Assembly: GCF_036971445.1 (NCBI RefSeq)
Contig: NC_091473.1
Location: forward strand, 112,096,001 to 112,160,000
Reading direction: 5' to 3'
Source: Narcine bancroftii
Lineage: Eukaryota
Length of the DNA: 64,000 bases
Shown: one piece after another, positions 63,700 to 64,000 of the stretch
Numbering within the stretch: position 1 is the first letter of the stretch
Layout: every line of letters starts with the position of its first letter
Translations under genes and position numbers: made by a program
Notes under the pieces: generated by a model
Database searches by the model: none
The model's input: only the letters and a program-made list of their open reading frames with translations
What the model was told of the DNA's origin: nothing

Positions 63700-64000
63700 A
63701 ATTCTTCAGGATCAGGTTTATTATCATGAACATGTGTCATGATATTTATTTTGCGACAGGCGTATTGTGCAGAACAAAGTGTGACAATACTATAAATTAC
63801 AACTCTGTAAATAAAAAAAAATGAAAAAAATGAGGGAGTGTCCATAGGTTCATTGTCCATTTAAAATCTGATGGTGCAGGGCAAGAAACTGTTTTTGTAA
63901 TGTTGAGTGTGTGTCTTCAGGCTCCTGTACCTCCTTCCTAATGGTGGCAGTGAGAAAAGGGTATGGCCTCGGTGAGGGTAGAAAATGCTTTCTTGAACCA
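63700..64000 (-). mobile_element. Rex1/Babar 3' fragment
   Basis: Minus strand reads LLPP.GRRYRSLKTHTQ...SFLP..IRF-like. Confidence 0.7.

Overview
Eukaryotic (vertebrate) genomic DNA, most likely a cartilaginous fish (inferred from the repeat repertoire: V-domain tRNA SINEs, CR1, Rex1/Babar, Penelope, RTE, L1). It contains no prokaryotic systems. Three host genes can be read directly. (1) The first coding exon of aldehyde reductase AKR1A1 on the minus strand (3373-3459); the rest of the gene lies left of the window. (2) A complete 5-coding-exon peroxiredoxin-1 gene on the plus strand (7556-23614; 106+154+123+131+86 = 600 nt, 199 aa). It sits head-to-head with AKR1A1 across one CpG island (~5550-6600). 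(3) The first coding exon of a PLPP3-type lipid phosphate phosphatase (55756-55882). Most of the remainder is fossil transposons, some with fully resolvable nesting. The most notable observations are an unusual PRDX1 active site (DFSYVC instead of DFTFVC, plus a PRDX3-like VCPANW), a compact and symmetric bidirectional AKR1A1/PRDX1 promoter with a perfect 5x35-bp VNTR, hammerhead-ribozyme relics at Penelope ends, two tandem hAT MITEs sharing a target site with an L1 inside one, three fold-back structures, and apparent absence of MMACHC downstream of PRDX1. I found no convincing wholly new biological system. All calls were made by eye, and TE boundaries without TSD/TIR support are approximate.
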